DNA of 63,913 nucleotides, counting the filler, from Octopus bimaculoides (Eukaryota): NCBI RefSeq assembly GCF_001194135.2. It is 5 parts of 4 records of this genome, joined end to end, with 100 filler letters (N's around TTAATTAATTAA, not from the genome) between each part and the next. Parts side by side here need not be neighbours in the genome. Positions count along the whole stretch, not along the records: positions 24,876 to 35,931 come from NC_068984.1; positions 36,032 to 40,499 come from NC_068986.1; 3 more parts are not named here. One strand, 5' to 3'. The notes beneath the pieces were generated by a model. It worked only from the letters and a program-made list of their open reading frames with translations. It was not told the DNA's origin and ran no database searches. Shown piece after piece: positions 25,748 through 39,075 of the stretch; the stretch's first letter is position 1, and every line of letters begins with the position of its first letter. The position numbers were made by a program, and so were the translations under genes.

Positions 25748-26116
25748 ATATATATGTGTGTATATATATATATATATATTATTATAAGATCTGGTAATTA
25801 GTCATATATTAATATATTAATTAATATCGATTAATTATCAGGGGGCCAGCACATTTAAAGAATCAAAGAGATTCAGAAATATATATATATAGATAGATAG
25901 ATACATACATATGTGTGTGTATATATGTATGCATAATTGATATATATATACGCATGTGCTTATACATACATATATAAGCTTACATTGAATGTGTGCGTAT
26001 GTGTATAATATATATATTTGTGGTGGCGTGCTCGAATGTACATGTATATGTGTGTATGTGTGTGTGTGTATGTGTGTATGTACATATGTATGTATATTTA
26101 TATATATACATATATG

Positions 26117-26157
<41 letters not shown>

Positions 26158-26383
26158 GTATGCATATATATACACACACACACGCTCGCATGTATGATAA
26201 TATATATCTTATATATGTGTACACTTATATGCGTGTATAAGCATTTTTATATGCTGGGTACGTAGTGATGAAATCACGTTCATTTTTAGTCAAGGATGTA
26301 AGGTAGAAAAAGACGAAAAGAAAAAAAATCACAGCTTGATTGTGAGATGGGGAGAAAGAAGCAGAAACAGACAACAGCTACGC

Positions 26384-26414
<31 letters not shown>

Positions 26415-28102
26415 CTGTATATAAGCATATATATGAAGAGAAAATGTCTGTGTATGTGTGTATTTGCCCTTGTGTGTGTGTCCGTCTGTCTGTGTAAATG
26501 TGTACTAAGAACAGAGAACAGTTATATTTGCGCGTCGTATAGGAGTAGAAACAGATAAGTGAAGTAAAAAAAATGGTGTTTGAAATATGAAAACGTTGAC
26601 ATCAATCATGTAAACAGAATGACTGTGGATTTTACGCGCAGAAATGAAGCATAAACGATACTCAACTGCTACAAGTTAACTATGAAGCATTACGTAACAT
26701 CTTGCTAAGTCTGTGAATATGGCTTTTTATGTTAGTTGCAATCACATCGTAAATACCACGCGCTGGACATTTATTATTTGACTCGTCTCTTTCTCTTTAT
26801 GAGACAACTATGGCCGTTTGGTTTGTAAGTTTACACCGCAAACATACGTCTAGTAGTTCGATCTTACTTCGCAACAAATATAAGCATCGGCAAGTGCCTT
26901 TCTAGTTCAGTCCAGAGTTGACCAAAATTCTATGAGCTGCAAATTCCTCAAAACCTGTCGATAGTATGTGCATGTGTGTGTTTGTGTATGTATCCATAGG
27001 GACAGAGAGAGGGGGCGAGAGAGGAATAGATAATACTTCTCAGGCCACATCAACAATCTCATTAGAAATACTTAGGAAAAGTCAATATTACCTCGATGAC
27101 TAATATTTTAATCGCTGAAGAGGTATAATAATACCGACTCCTTTCCAGAGTTGATTCCCGTTGTTGCTGAATGATTAATATTCGTCATTGCGCAAAAGCT
27201 GCTTATTCCTCACCAATATTTCTATAAGATGCTCATGTCATTCAATAGTTAAACTCTTAAGCACCCTATTATTTATCATGTTAAAGTGTCACTGAATACT
27301 GATCTCAGTGCTTTATACTTTTTAACGTTGTTTATTCTCTGAATGTTTATATCATTATGTAGACTGTAACTCCCATGTATGTAACAAAATCGTAGCTATA
27401 TAATACTCTACACAATGTTGGGTGGCCGGAATTTATATATCTGCTATCCAAAACATGTTTTTCTTTGACTTTCGTTTCCCTCATCATAAATTAGTATACT
27501 GAATTTGTTTTCACGTTTTCTGCATTTGAAGTAGAACATCAGAAGTAAAAGCTTATAATCACTATATCTCGTAGTTTTCCTCTAGCCTATGCTTATTCAT
27601 TCATGAATTTGGTAGATACAATATTTTTGGTAGTAGTTAATTTTACTGTATTAAAAAGTCATGGGGATTAAAAAAGCACCAACCTTTATAACTTGTATGT
27701 TGCTTGATGAAAGACCCACAAGACTGTAGCAGAGTTTCTTCATGACGTTGGTTGGACGTTCTTTATGAACGTTCTGGTTGAAAATTCTTCATTGCGTTGG
27801 TTTCTTCATGGCGTCCGTCTTAATCAGCATTAAAAATTCTGAATATATATTTAAAGCCACGATGCTATGCAAGGTGTTTTCAATCTGTACACGTCATGTA
27901 ATGTCAATAAATGACGCTTACATTTTTTTTTTTTGCTTCATTATCTAACTTCGCTTAAGAAACTGAATAACAGGTTGTTAGGTTTTTGTGTGTGTTTTTT
28001 GTTGCTTTTTTTTTACATATGTGTAATACCATAATACATACATTACGTACAAGTCATGTACTACCAGTTAGTAACTGATTTAAAATATTTTCTTTTATAA
28101 CC

Positions 28103-28485
28103 ACAACTCTTTACTTGTTTCAGTCATTTGACTGCGACCATGCTGGGGCACCGCCTTTTTAGTCGAGCAAATCGACTCCAGGATTTATTCTTTGTAAGCC
28201 TAGTACTTATTCTATCGGTCTCTTTTTGCCGAACCGCTAAGTTACGGGGACATAAACACACCAGCCTCGGTTGTCAAGCGAAGTTGGGGGGACAAATACA
28301 GACACACAAACATATACACACATACATATATATATGACGGGCTTCTTTCAGTTTCCGTCTACCAAATCCACTCACAAGGCTTTGGTTGGTCCGAAGCTGT
28401 AGCAGAAGACACTTGCTCAAGGTGCCACGCAGTGGGACTGAACCTAGAACCATGTGGTTGGTAAGCAAGCTACTTACCACACACC
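28103..28485 (-). mobile_element. SINE family B, full length
   Basis: Reverse complement of 29196-29576; B box GGTTCAGTCCC present. Confidence 0.9.
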
Positions 28486-28499
28486 CACTAAAATGTGAC

Positions 28500-28985
28500 T
28501 TTTTCCCAGAGCCAGAATTACACTGTGCAACGCAATTTTTGTCCTTACGTAGCAATTGTTATTTCCTATTTGCTTACCCCTAGATACTATGAAAAATGGC
28601 TAATGTTTCCTTCAAATTTTTCCTTTGTTACATTTATTCACACCCCAAAGCATCCCTCTCAACACATGGCTTTGATACTCTCCCACTACTCCTGCTCATG
28701 ATCAGAGATGCACATATTGTCAACCACTAAGGAACATGCTCAAGTGGTTACGGTCGAGCAAGTGACAAGCAAATCTATGATACTGAACAGCATATTTGTT
28801 ATAACGATATTTCTGCTTCAGCACACCAGCGCTGAAACTGTCTGAAATGTAACGAAAAACAGACCTGTTTCAAAACATTGATGTCCAGATCACAAAAGCA
28901 GAGTTTGAAGCGAATAGCAGTCATTTCTTTTGATTTCCACATAGAAGCAAATAGGAAATAACACTTACTGACCAAGATAAAAAAA
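28500..28985. repeat. Unclassified ~480-bp interspersed repeat (copy 1)
   Basis: Reverse-complement homolog at 42590-43055 (shared CTCCTGCTCATGATCAGAGATGCAC, TAACGATATTTCTGCTTCAGC). Confidence 0.8.
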
Positions 28986-29195
28986 AATTTTTTTTGTTTT
29001 TTAATTTTATTACAGATTGTTATGATCTTTTTCTGTGACATTTTTTCCAGACTTTTTTTCTGCACACCACATATTTGCCTATTGTTGTCCACAAGGGGAC
29101 ATCGACATTCACTTGACCGGCATCATCGAGGAAATGGTTTTGTAGCTTACACTTGCTAACTTCTAAATGTGATATATTAAAAACTTCTATACAAT

Positions 29196-29576
29196 AGGCG
29201 TAGGAGTGGCTGTGTGGTAAGTAGCTTGCTTACCAACTACATGGCATCTTAGGCAAGTGTCTTCTACTATAGCCTCGGGCCGACCAAAGCCTTGTGAGTG
29301 GATTTGGTAGACGGAAACTGAAAGAAGCCCGTCGTGTATACGTATATATATGTGTGTGTGTTTGTTTGTGTGTCTGTGTTTGTCCCCCTAGCATTGCTTG
29401 ACAACCGATGCTGGTGTGCTTATGTCCCCGTAACTTAGCAGTTCGGCAAAAGAGACCAATAGAATAAGTACTAGGCTTACAAAGAATAAGTCCCGGGGTC
29501 GATTTGCTCGACTAAAGGTGGTGCTCCAGCATGACCGCAATCAAATGGCTGAAACAAGTAAAAGAGTAAAAGGGTA
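29196..29576 (+). mobile_element. SINE family B, B box deleted
   Basis: A-box-like TGGCTGTGTGG, CORE-like GGCAAGTGTCTT, internal (TA)(TG) tract, GTAAAAGA tail; ~25-bp deletion removes the B box. Confidence 0.9.
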
Positions 29577-29589
29577 AATATGATAATAT

Positions 29590-29790
29590 TGGTTTCAAAT
29601 TTTGGTACAACGCCAGTAATTTCGGAGTAGGGGTTAAGTAGATTACATCGACACCATTGTACTTATTTTATCGAACCTGAAAGGATGAAATACCAAGTCG
29701 ACTTCGGTGGAATTCGAACTCAGAAGGTAAAGACGGGCGGAAAACCGCCAAGCAGTTTACCCAGCATGCCAGCTTGCTGCCTTTCCATAA
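29590..29790 (-). mobile_element. SINE family A
   Basis: Reverse match to family consensus. Confidence 0.75.
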
Positions 29791-31571
29791 GTGATAACAT
29801 TGTCCAACTCGACGGAATCTTGCGTAACCAATTTTAACCTTTTGTCTGTTTCGTCTATCACATGTGACACCTAGGACATATTTCTCTGACGTCCATACAT
29901 CATATTTGATACATATACCCCCACCACCTTTTATTTTCATCAGAGTAACTCAAGATTTATGAAAGGAAAGCTTTATATTACTCAGAACGTATGAAATGAG
30001 GACTAACAGACTGAAAGCAAGCATAGACGTTTAGGAGAAACGACTTATGAAAATGCTTTGGATAGAATGATAAATTCACTGAATCAGATGCAGAAACCAC
30101 TAATAATGAAAACTAATCATCCAGCTTACAATTGATTCGAAAACTAGAGTGAAGGAGAGTATTTGGGAGTGTCTGTTCCAACAGAGGATGGTGATGATGG
30201 TGGTGGTGAGGGTGGTGGTGGTGGTGGTGGCGGCAGCGGTGATGATGATGTATATGAACTTATAAGAACGAACAAACATGAGTTCATATAGAAATGCACT
30301 CACATACACACGCACATATATGCATTTACACGTTGGCACACACACACACACACACACACACACACNNNNNNNNNNNNNNNNNNNNNNNNNNNNNNNNNNN
30401 NNNNNNNNNNNNNNNNNNNNNNNNNNNNNNNNNNNNNNNNNNNNNNNNNNNNNNNNNNNNNNNNNNNNNNNNNNNNNNNNNNNNNNNNNNNNNNNNNNNN
30501 NNNNNNNNNNNNNNNNNNNNNNNNNNNNNNNNNNNNNNNNNNNNNNNNNNNNNNNNNNNNNNNNNNNNNNNNNNNNNNNNNNNNNNNNNNNNNNNNNNNN
30601 NNNNNNNNNNNNNNNNNNNNNNNNNNNNNNNNNNNNNNNNNNNNNNNNNNNNNNNNNNNNNNNNNNNNNNNNNNNNNNNNNNNNNNNNNNNNNNNNNNNN
30701 NNNNNNNNNNNNNNNNNNNNNNNNNNNNNNNNNNNNNNATATATATATATATATATATATATATATACGCATGTTTTTGCACATGCACATATTAACTGAC
30801 CTCTGGCCAAAATGCGTAAAATGTCTCCGACAGAGGGCGCTGTGGGGATGCACTGAATCAGACTGACCAATACGGAGACGATTCGTTATAGAAAACGAAA
30901 TATTAAAAAAAGGAAGATAGCACATAAATGCATACATGAATACTGATTGTGTGTGCGCATATATTTGCATGTATTAGCAATGCAATATGTTCTGAGGCAC
31001 GCACGTGCGTACGCCTATACGTTGTCTTCTTTCAGACATACGAGCCATCTGCACTGTGTACATGCATATACACACAGAGAAACACACACACACACGTACA
31101 CACATACATACATACATAATACATACATGCATACATACATACATACATACATACGTACAAACGTACATACATGCATACCTACACTTATATATGCATGAAT
31201 AAATATATGTATATGCATATGAATATATGTGTGTGCGTGTGTATTCATGTATATATGTATATATACACACACGCACATATATAAACATATATATGCACAT
31301 ATACATACACACATAAATAAATAAATGAATATATATNNNNNNNNNNATGTATATATATATATATATATATATATAGATAGATAGATAGATGTATTTATAC
31401 ATATGTGTGTACATGCATACAAATACAAATATATCTTCGTTGGAACACACATACGAATTGTGTACACGACGAGTTTGTGAGATTTTCTTTTTCTATTATG
31501 TGTGTCTATGCTCGCGACAATTTTTTTACCACTTGATGTATTTTCATATGCACACACACACACATGCGTGC

Positions 31572-31607
<36 letters not shown>

Positions 31608-31941
31608 GTGTGTGTGTGTGCGTGTGTGTTTGCGTGTGTGTGTGTTTGTGTAAATATATGTTCACAGGTTTGCTGTGTGTATTTGATATGAGAGTTTTGT
31701 ATTTGTGTATATGTGTATACATGTGTGGGTTGTCATATATGTANNNNNNNNNNNNNNNNNNNNNNNNNNNNNNNNNNNNNNNNNNNNNNNNNNNNNNNNN
31801 NNNNNNNNNNNNNNNNNNNNNNNNNNNNNNNNNNNNNNNNNNNNNNNNNNNNNNNNNNNNNNNNNNNNNNNNNNNNNNNNNNNNNNNNNNNNNNNNNNNN
31901 NNNNNNNNNNNNNNNNNNNNNNNNNNNNNNNNNNNNNNNNN

Positions 31942-32006
<65 letters not shown>

Positions 32007-32989
32007 GGGGGGGGATATAAAAGGAGCAAAAATATTGGAGAATCAGTATACACCACGTGGCAAAATTATGAAGTGAAAATATGTGGAAAACATATTATAT
32101 GTTATATATATATATATATATAAATGAATGTATATATACATATATATACATACACACCTATACATATACGTGTATGGGTAAATATCCATATGTGTATATG
32201 TGTACGTGCATAAATATATGTAATTATGTACAATTAACAAAACAGCCATGTCTATGATTTCAGCAAATTTAATTACAAGAGAGTTTATTTATGTTGGTGT
32301 GTTTTTTTATCATTTATTTATTCTAAAACACAGATACTCTTCCTTTATTCGTTCTGGAATTTTAAAACCAATATGGCTTCCACGGCCATGCCGCTTTGTA
32401 TTTGGCGTTTTGACTGTCTCCTATTCATTCATTATGAACGAATCATTTAATAGACTAAACAAAAAACGTGAGCAATGTATGTCAACAGAAATTCTTTTTT
32501 TTTATGTATCTAAAGCATACACACAATGTATGTATGTGTGTGTATGTGTGTGTGTGCGTGCATGCGTTAGTGCGCACGCATGCGTGTGTGCGTACGCGTA
32601 TGTGTGTGTGTGCGCGCGTGCGTGTGCGTGTGTGTGTACGTGTGTGTGTGTGTGTGTGTGTGTGCGTGCGTGTCTGTGTCTGTGTTTGTTTTACTGGTTT
32701 AATTCTTTTTATTTCTCACCAATAAAGGAAGAGCCGATTTCTAACAAAACTCTTTCATTTGAATTTAGAGAACTTCGATAGGGTAGCCTTGTATGTATGC
32801 ATGCATGTATGTATATAGGTATATATGTATGTATGTACGTATGTATGTTCTTTTGGGGCAGGTAAGTGCATACGTTGTTTAGAAAGTGGTCTTAGTCTTG
32901 TACAGAGCCTTTTTTTTTTCACTTTAAACGCTTCAGGCACAGCATTGCTTGATTTTTAATATCTCTGTTACGTACTGCATGTTATGGTT

Positions 32990-33200
32990 GGCCTCAGTCG
33001 AGAACAACAAATGCTCAATGAAAAATTCCATGAAGGAATGAAGACATGTATCTGTGTGGGTGTACCTCTCTGAACACCTGTTACAAGAAGCGCCCATCGT
33101 TGCGACGTCTGTGCAAAAGAGTGTAGGTCCCTCGAAGGAGTGATAAAAGCCACCATTCGAACTGCTGTAAGAAAAAAATTAAGCAACGACATAGCTCGGA
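32990..33200 (+). mobile_element. RTE-type LINE C-terminal fragment
   Basis: HRCDVCAKECRSLEG resembles the terminal C2H2-like finger of RTE ORFs. Confidence 0.4.
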
Positions 33201-33379
33201 ATCAAGTTGCAGCCATCGTTCGTTTAGGTACGCACGTATGAAAGCATGTATGTATATAAATATTCTTGCATGTATATGCATGTGTGTACACATGAATATA
33301 TGTACGCAAGTAATCATACACCTATATCAATATACACATATGTGCAGGCATGGATGTCATGTGAGTCCTATTACATGCT

Positions 33380-33830
33380 GAACTTCTTAAAATTTTACAT
33401 ATTTTTACGGCATCTTTCCTAGTTTGTAGCGGTATTATTCTGACGAGGCGTATCTTGTCTGGTTGTATGAACCCTAGCTTCCAAAGATTAGTACTGAGGC
33501 AGTTTATCACGTAGCCAAGCACTCTAATAATTATTGCTAGAAATCTAAAGTTATAGTCCGAACGGAGTCACTGTAGATTTCTCATCTGTTCACCGTTGGT
33601 GTTTTCTTTATAATCTTTAACATTATGTTAGCATTTGCTGGGACTCTGATTTCAACTATTGTGCTTTGGTTTTTTTCTCTGTGCCAGACCATTATGTCGA
33701 ATATGTCGGGTGTATTTCAACGAAGTTTTCTGCCAGCATTCTTTGAAATTATGTGTATCATTGTTGCTTCTTACATTTGTCTCCTAAGAATAATCTTTCA
33801 CTTCATTACAGAATAGATTTACTCCACTTT
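33380..33830 (-). mobile_element. R4/Dong-type RLE fragment, old copy
   Basis: DIMVWHREKK..IVEIRVPANANI..LGYVINCLSTNLWKLGF..VKICK aligns to 4511 and 34225 copies. Confidence 0.7.
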
Positions 33831-33901
33831 TGTACGAATTTAGATGCATTCTTCTCTCATATGCGAGTATATGCAAATACACACACACACACTCACATGC
33901 A

Positions 33902-33929
<28 letters not shown>

Positions 33930-33943
<14 letters not shown>

Positions 33944-34145
33944 TTTGTGTTTGTCCCCTACCACTTGACAACTGGTATTGGTTTATTTCCGTCTCTCTAA
34001 CATAGCGGTTCGGCAAAAGAAAACCGGTAAAATAAGCACCAGACTTAAAACTAAGTACTGGGGTCGATTTGTTCAACTAAGTCCCCCAAGGCGGTACCCC
34101 AGCATGGCTGCAGTTCAATGAGTGAAACAAGTAAAAAATGAAAGA
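33930..34145 (+). mobile_element. SINE family B, 3' half
   Basis: GTTTGTCCCC..CTTGACAAC..GGTTCGGCAAAAGA..CCCAGCATGG tail. Confidence 0.75.
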
Positions 34146-34224
34146 CAAACATACATACATACATACATACTTACATACATATGTATGTTTCTGTATGAAT
34201 ATACAAATGTATGTGTATGTATGT

Positions 34225-35230
34225 ATGTCGTTATTCAGTTTTTATTTCAAGATTGCTCGCCAATAGAGAAAGAGCCGGTTTCTAACTTAGATCCAAGGCT
34301 CTTTCATTGGAATTTCAACATCAACAACAGGGTATTTTGTTTGTATGTATGTATGAATGTATGTATGTATGTGTGTAGATTTGTATGTTTTGTTTTATAT
34401 TTGTATTCTCATGTATATAGTTGCATATCTAGGCATGTGCACAGACATTTTACAGATTTTTACAGTTCCAGTGATGGACTGGATCTGTAGTCTTCGAATT
34501 AGCTTTCTCCTTCTTGGTTTTGAGAAACGTAATTTCTTAAGATTGGTATTTAGGTAGTGTGTTACGTATACCAGAGCCCCAATAATTACAGGCATAAACC
34601 TGAACTTGTAATCTGGATAGAGTAACTGCAGATTTCTCAATAGTTCGGCGTAGGTATTCTCTTTTCCACTGATCTTCAGCTTTATGTTAATATCCGCATG
34701 GCAGCTAATTCCCACAACTGTACTCAGTTTCTCTTCTCTATCCCAAATCATTATATCAACATCATGTCTCATGGGTAGATAATATCATGATGACATTTCC
34801 GGACAACTGCTTATGATGTGGGTGATATCTTCGGTGTTAACTCCATAAAGTCTGCATCGGTTGTCAGATTTTACTGCTTTTCCTACATCTCTGTCCCTTT
34901 TGTGCATCAGGTATTTGGTTGATATTTCCTGTTCCTAGATTGCAAACGCATACCATTCAAATTGGGAGGTAGTAATCCAGCTATTGGTCCATGATAGACT
35001 GCGTTGATGATTATTGTAACTATCATCTCGGAACTTTCTACTAACATATCCATGCATAGTCTTCTTCTCATACAGACTCATCTTTTCATCTGATGATACG
35101 TTGCGGTAGAGTCATGCGACTTCTTTGGGCATGTATTTAAGGTTATCAGACAAGGAATGTTTTCAAGGAGCTGCCTTCCAAGTCTTATGATGCTATCAGC
35201 CTTATTTATGCAAACCTGGTCAAAGGAAAT
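34225..35230 (-). mobile_element. R4/Dong-type non-LTR retrotransposon 3' kilobase (zinc knuckle + RLE + 3'UTR)
   Basis: FEWYAFAI*EQEISTKYL, CRLYGVNTEDITHIISSCP (degenerate CCHC), RHD, then RLE motifs; both ends in (CATA)n. Confidence 0.85.
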
Positions 35231-35657
35231 GTATGTATGTATGTATGTATGTATGTATGTATGTATGTATGTATGTATGTATGTATTTATGTATGTAATT
35301 ATATCTTCTCCACCTCCTCTCTGCATTTATCGATTTCGGAAAACTGCAATTATCCATGGGCCCTCAGCTCTTTGAGAGGTGATAGGGGTAAAATCGTGAC
35401 ATACGGAATGTTCTAGGTATGTAAGACCTGACGGAGGTCATCTTTCTGCAAGCGATTTTCTCCCAGAGTGATAGAGGAAGAGACAAGCAGAAAGGAGTGC
35501 GAGAAAGAGAAGATATGTTCGACTAAGCCCTTCAGGGCGGTGCCCCAATGTGGCCGTAGTCCAATGACTGACGCAAGAGAAAGATAAAAGATATAGGTAT
35601 ATGTCGGTATAAAAAAAACAGGGTTGCTACGAATGCGAATAAAAATCCAAATTAAGC

Positions 35658-35891
35658 GAGTGGAGCAGGTAAAATCCAGGCTACATATGTTTCCTAGCAA
35701 GCAGATCCTCGGAAGTAATAATTACGCAACGAGGAGTACTCCACTAGCGACTCATCAGGCCGAAGATACCTTTGTTAGATGAAGGTTACATTGTCGTCAA
35801 GGAATCCCGTGTTAAACTCGCCGGAGATACAATTACAATTATTATTTCCGAGGATCTGCTAGTTAGGAAACATGTAGCTTGCTCCACTCCC
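35658..35891. mobile_element. MITE-like element with ~45-60 bp imperfect terminal inverted repeats
   Basis: TGTTTCCTAGCAAGCAGATCCTCGGAAGTAATAATT versus reverse complement of AATTATTATTTCCGAGGATCTGCTAGTTAGGAAACA. Confidence 0.6.
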
Positions 35892-35931
<40 letters not shown>

Positions 35932-35975
35932 NNNNNNNNNNNNNNNNNNNNNNNNNNNNNNNNNNNNNNNNNNNN

Positions 35976-35987
35976 TTAATTAATTAA
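35976..35987. other. Assembly linker TTAATTAATTAA
   Basis: Centred in a 100-bp N block. Confidence 0.9.
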
Positions 35988-36677
35988 NNNNNNNNNNNNN
36001 NNNNNNNNNNNNNNNNNNNNNNNNNNNNNNNGAGTTCTTTCGTCACACTTCTGTGACCTCATCAGTGGTCCTTTGTTTCCTTCTTTCTTATGTGTGTCTC
36101 ACCTTGCTAACTATCAGCCATTTTGTATTTTGTATTCCTATTGTATGTGTCTACGCATGCGTGTCCTTCAATGTGTCTGTGTCTTTTGTAAGTGCATGTG
36201 TGTATGGGGAGTGTCTGTATCACCTATATTCTCTGGCTAAACTGGCAATATGACCATCCCCAAGTACAACAACATCTGTTTCAACACACGATTTCACATA
36301 AAAAATATCTTGCAAAACAAATATATATATATATATATATATATACACGCACAAAAAAGACTGAGTGAGAGAAAGAGAGAGCGGGGAAACACTGTGTTTG
36401 TAGAGAGTTTCTATGGAATTAAGCATTCGTGCGTTCATATATTTATTTTATACCTTGTTCCAAGTCCTCCTTGAATTTTGGCGTTTTACTTTCGACTTAC
36501 GATTTGTTTCGTAAAGTTGATTAGCCACTCATATAGTCGATTCTCTAATCCTGTTAGGAAGCTAATCTGTTCATAATATGTTTGCTGTAGTGTAGTTCAT
36601 AGTGAATGTAACTTTATTACACCTACTCGCCTCTTTGATGTTTCTTGGGTCAATATAATCATTGAGGACATCTTTAC

Positions 36678-36791
36678 CTCTATTTTCCGATCCTCCGCTG
36701 GAGAAATACTTTAGAATGTCTCTTTTGAAGATACCTGCTATGGCGTTATAGAAAGAATATTTGCACAGCAAATTTATCGTGCGATGGATAA
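36678..36791 (-). CDS. Candidate 114-nt phase 1-1 exon
   Basis: Acceptor ATATTTCAG, donor GAG|GTAAAG; frame IHRTINLLCKYSFYNAIAGIFKRDILKYFSSGGSENR open. Confidence 0.25.
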
Positions 36792-37249
36792 CTGAAATAT
36801 TTTCTCTATATTACAGCACGGTATATATACAAAATAAACTGCTGCAGAAAACTGAAATCTTCATCTAAATATTAAAAGAAAGCTTTTGATTGTTAATAAC
36901 GTTTGTAAATACCGCAGCATAAACAAATCTATCGATTAGTTTATGTTTACCATTTAGGAATACTTTGATGTCCGAAGTGTGAAGGTTTATGTGCAATTTT
37001 GTTTGAGAATATTGTTTGAGAACTGTAAAGGAAAACAACATTTACTTCGTGTTTTAGACATTATGTGAAGAGAAATCACCAGCAATGCTGACATTGTGAC
37101 AGTCTACTTGCAGAACGTTCGATGGATTGAAAAATAATACGGTCAGTAGTTTGAGACGGTGTTTACAAGAAAACAATAAATATTTATAGGAGTACATTCC
37201 ACATAAAAAATATGTGATAATTTAGGAAAGGATTTTGTATATCATCCTT

Positions 37250-37580
37250 TCTAATCTGGGCATAAGGCCCGAAAGTTTGGGGAAAGGGAAGTCAATAACA
37301 TATACGCCAGTGCTCAACTGGTACATATTTTCTCGCAAAAAGATGAAGGTAAAAGCCGAAGCATTTTGTCAGAGGTCATAACGATATGTCAGCTTGCCGA
37401 CTTCTTTCTACTATAGAAACAAGGCCTGATATCTGTGGGAGCAAATAGCTGATTACATCGATCTCTTTATTCAACTGTTAATTATTTCATCGAACCTGAA
37501 TAGATGAAAGGCAAAGTTGACTGCGGCAGAATTTGATCGCAGTACGTAACGCTGGAAGAAAAGCTACAAAAATTTCGTCC
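37250..37580 (-). mobile_element. Two degraded SINE family A copies
   Basis: Tail and central-domain matches at ~37250-37400 and ~37420-37580. Confidence 0.6.
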
Positions 37581-37606
37581 AGATTGAGGACTTGATTCTG
37601 CATATA

Positions 37607-37820
37607 CTTTTCTATTCTAGGCACAAGGCCTGACATTTTAGGGGAGGGGACCCGTCGATTAATCGACTCTAGTACACAACTGGTACTTAATTTATCGACC
37701 CCGAAAAGATGAAAGGCAAAGTCGACCTCGGCGGAGTTTTAACTCAGAACGTTAAAGACAGACGAAATACCGCTAAGCATGTCGCCCGGCGTGCTAACGT
37801 TTCTGCCAGCTCGCCGCCTT
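37607..37820 (-). mobile_element. SINE family A, full length
   Basis: TSD TTGATTCTG(C/T)ATATA (37592-37606 / 37821-37835). Confidence 0.9.
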
Positions 37821-37850
37821 TTGATTCTGTATATAATAAGGAAGATGATT

Positions 37851-38070
37851 AAGGCGGCGAGCTGGCAGAAACGTTATCACGTCGGGCGAAATGCTTAGCG
37901 GTATTTCGTCTGCCTTTACGTTCTGAGTTCAAATTCTGCCGTGGTTGACTTTGCCTTTCAATCTTTCGTGGTCGATAAATTAAGTACCAGTTGCATACTT
38001 GGTTGGATCTAATCGACTGCCCCTCAACTCCCCAAAAGTGTTGGTCCTTGTGCCTAGAGTAGAAAAGAAG
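37851..38070 (+). mobile_element. SINE family A, full length
   Basis: Head AAGGCGGCGAGCTGGCAGAAACG to tail TAGAGTAGAAAAGAA. Confidence 0.9.
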
Positions 38071-38842
38071 AAGGGAAATAATTGTTTAATAGCCTTCATT
38101 CTTGAGATAGAATGTTGGTGATGAAAATCATATAGATGATGTTCGACAATGTAAGGAAGACTGATGCATTTTTGGAGGAAATTGAATTGATTTTCTCTAT
38201 ACAATGTTTGAAGTGATCGGTGAGTACAGAAGTAGAGGTTAGTAGATTTCAAATGCACATAGATATTCACTCATTAGTTCAGTTAAAAAGATTAAATAGT
38301 TTTATCGACTTTTTACTATGAGCAAAATGCGAGGAATCAGGATTCCAAAATATAGTTCTGAGTGACAAAGCAGGAACTTATAGGGTGCCATTGCCTGTAA
38401 GATCACACTTGAATATTAATCTTCAACATCTGTCATCTGGAAAATAATATGCCGTGATTACGAATATATATTTTAAACTTGACAACGGAAAAATGGTGGG
38501 AACGAATAAAAGAGGGGAACTGGCAGAATCGTTAGCACGCTGGGCGAAATTGCTTAGTCGCATTTCGTTTGTCTTACGTTCTGTGTTCAAACTCAACCGA
38601 GGTCAAACTTTTGCATTTCATCCTTTCGGTGTCAAAAAAAAAAATTAAAAAATTAAAATAAAAATACCAGCTCAGCACTCAGTTCGATGTAAGCGACTTA
38701 CTCCTATACCGCACAATTACTGGCCCTTTGACAAAATGTGGAACCAAAATGACAGTAGATTAAAAACAGAACATGTAATGCTGCTAATCAAACTTTGTTT
38801 TGTTATAATCACCTTGCTGAGTGATTTATAAACTCTTGACAG

Positions 38843-39075
38843 CGGCGGCACATGGCTTAGAATTTAGGATGCTGGACTCATGATCGGGAGATTGTGGTTT
38901 CGATTCCTGGACGGGTTATGTTCTTTAGGAAACCATTTTATTTCATGTTGCTTCATTCCATTCAGCTAGCAAGAATGAGTAATCCGGCGATGGACCGGCG
39001 TCTCGTCCGGGGGTATATATATATACGCTGGGAAACCAGCCCTTATAAGTCCTTATGACTCGTGAAGGTTAACTC
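38843..39075 (+). mobile_element. tRNA-derived SINE related to family C head, different 3' region
   Basis: TGGCTTAG A box, GGTTTCGATTCC B box, TTTATTTCA..CAGCT core shared with 19085, then GCGATGGACCGGCGTCTCGTCC. Confidence 0.6.

Noticed and set aside
27730-27820. CRISPR-like or tandem repeat TTCTTCATGACGTTGGTT
   Set aside because: Only about three degenerate, irregularly spaced units, eukaryotic context, no cas genes.
35720-35760. CTGATGA on minus strand inside the inverted-repeat element
   Set aside because: No stem II-GAAA-stem III arrangement.
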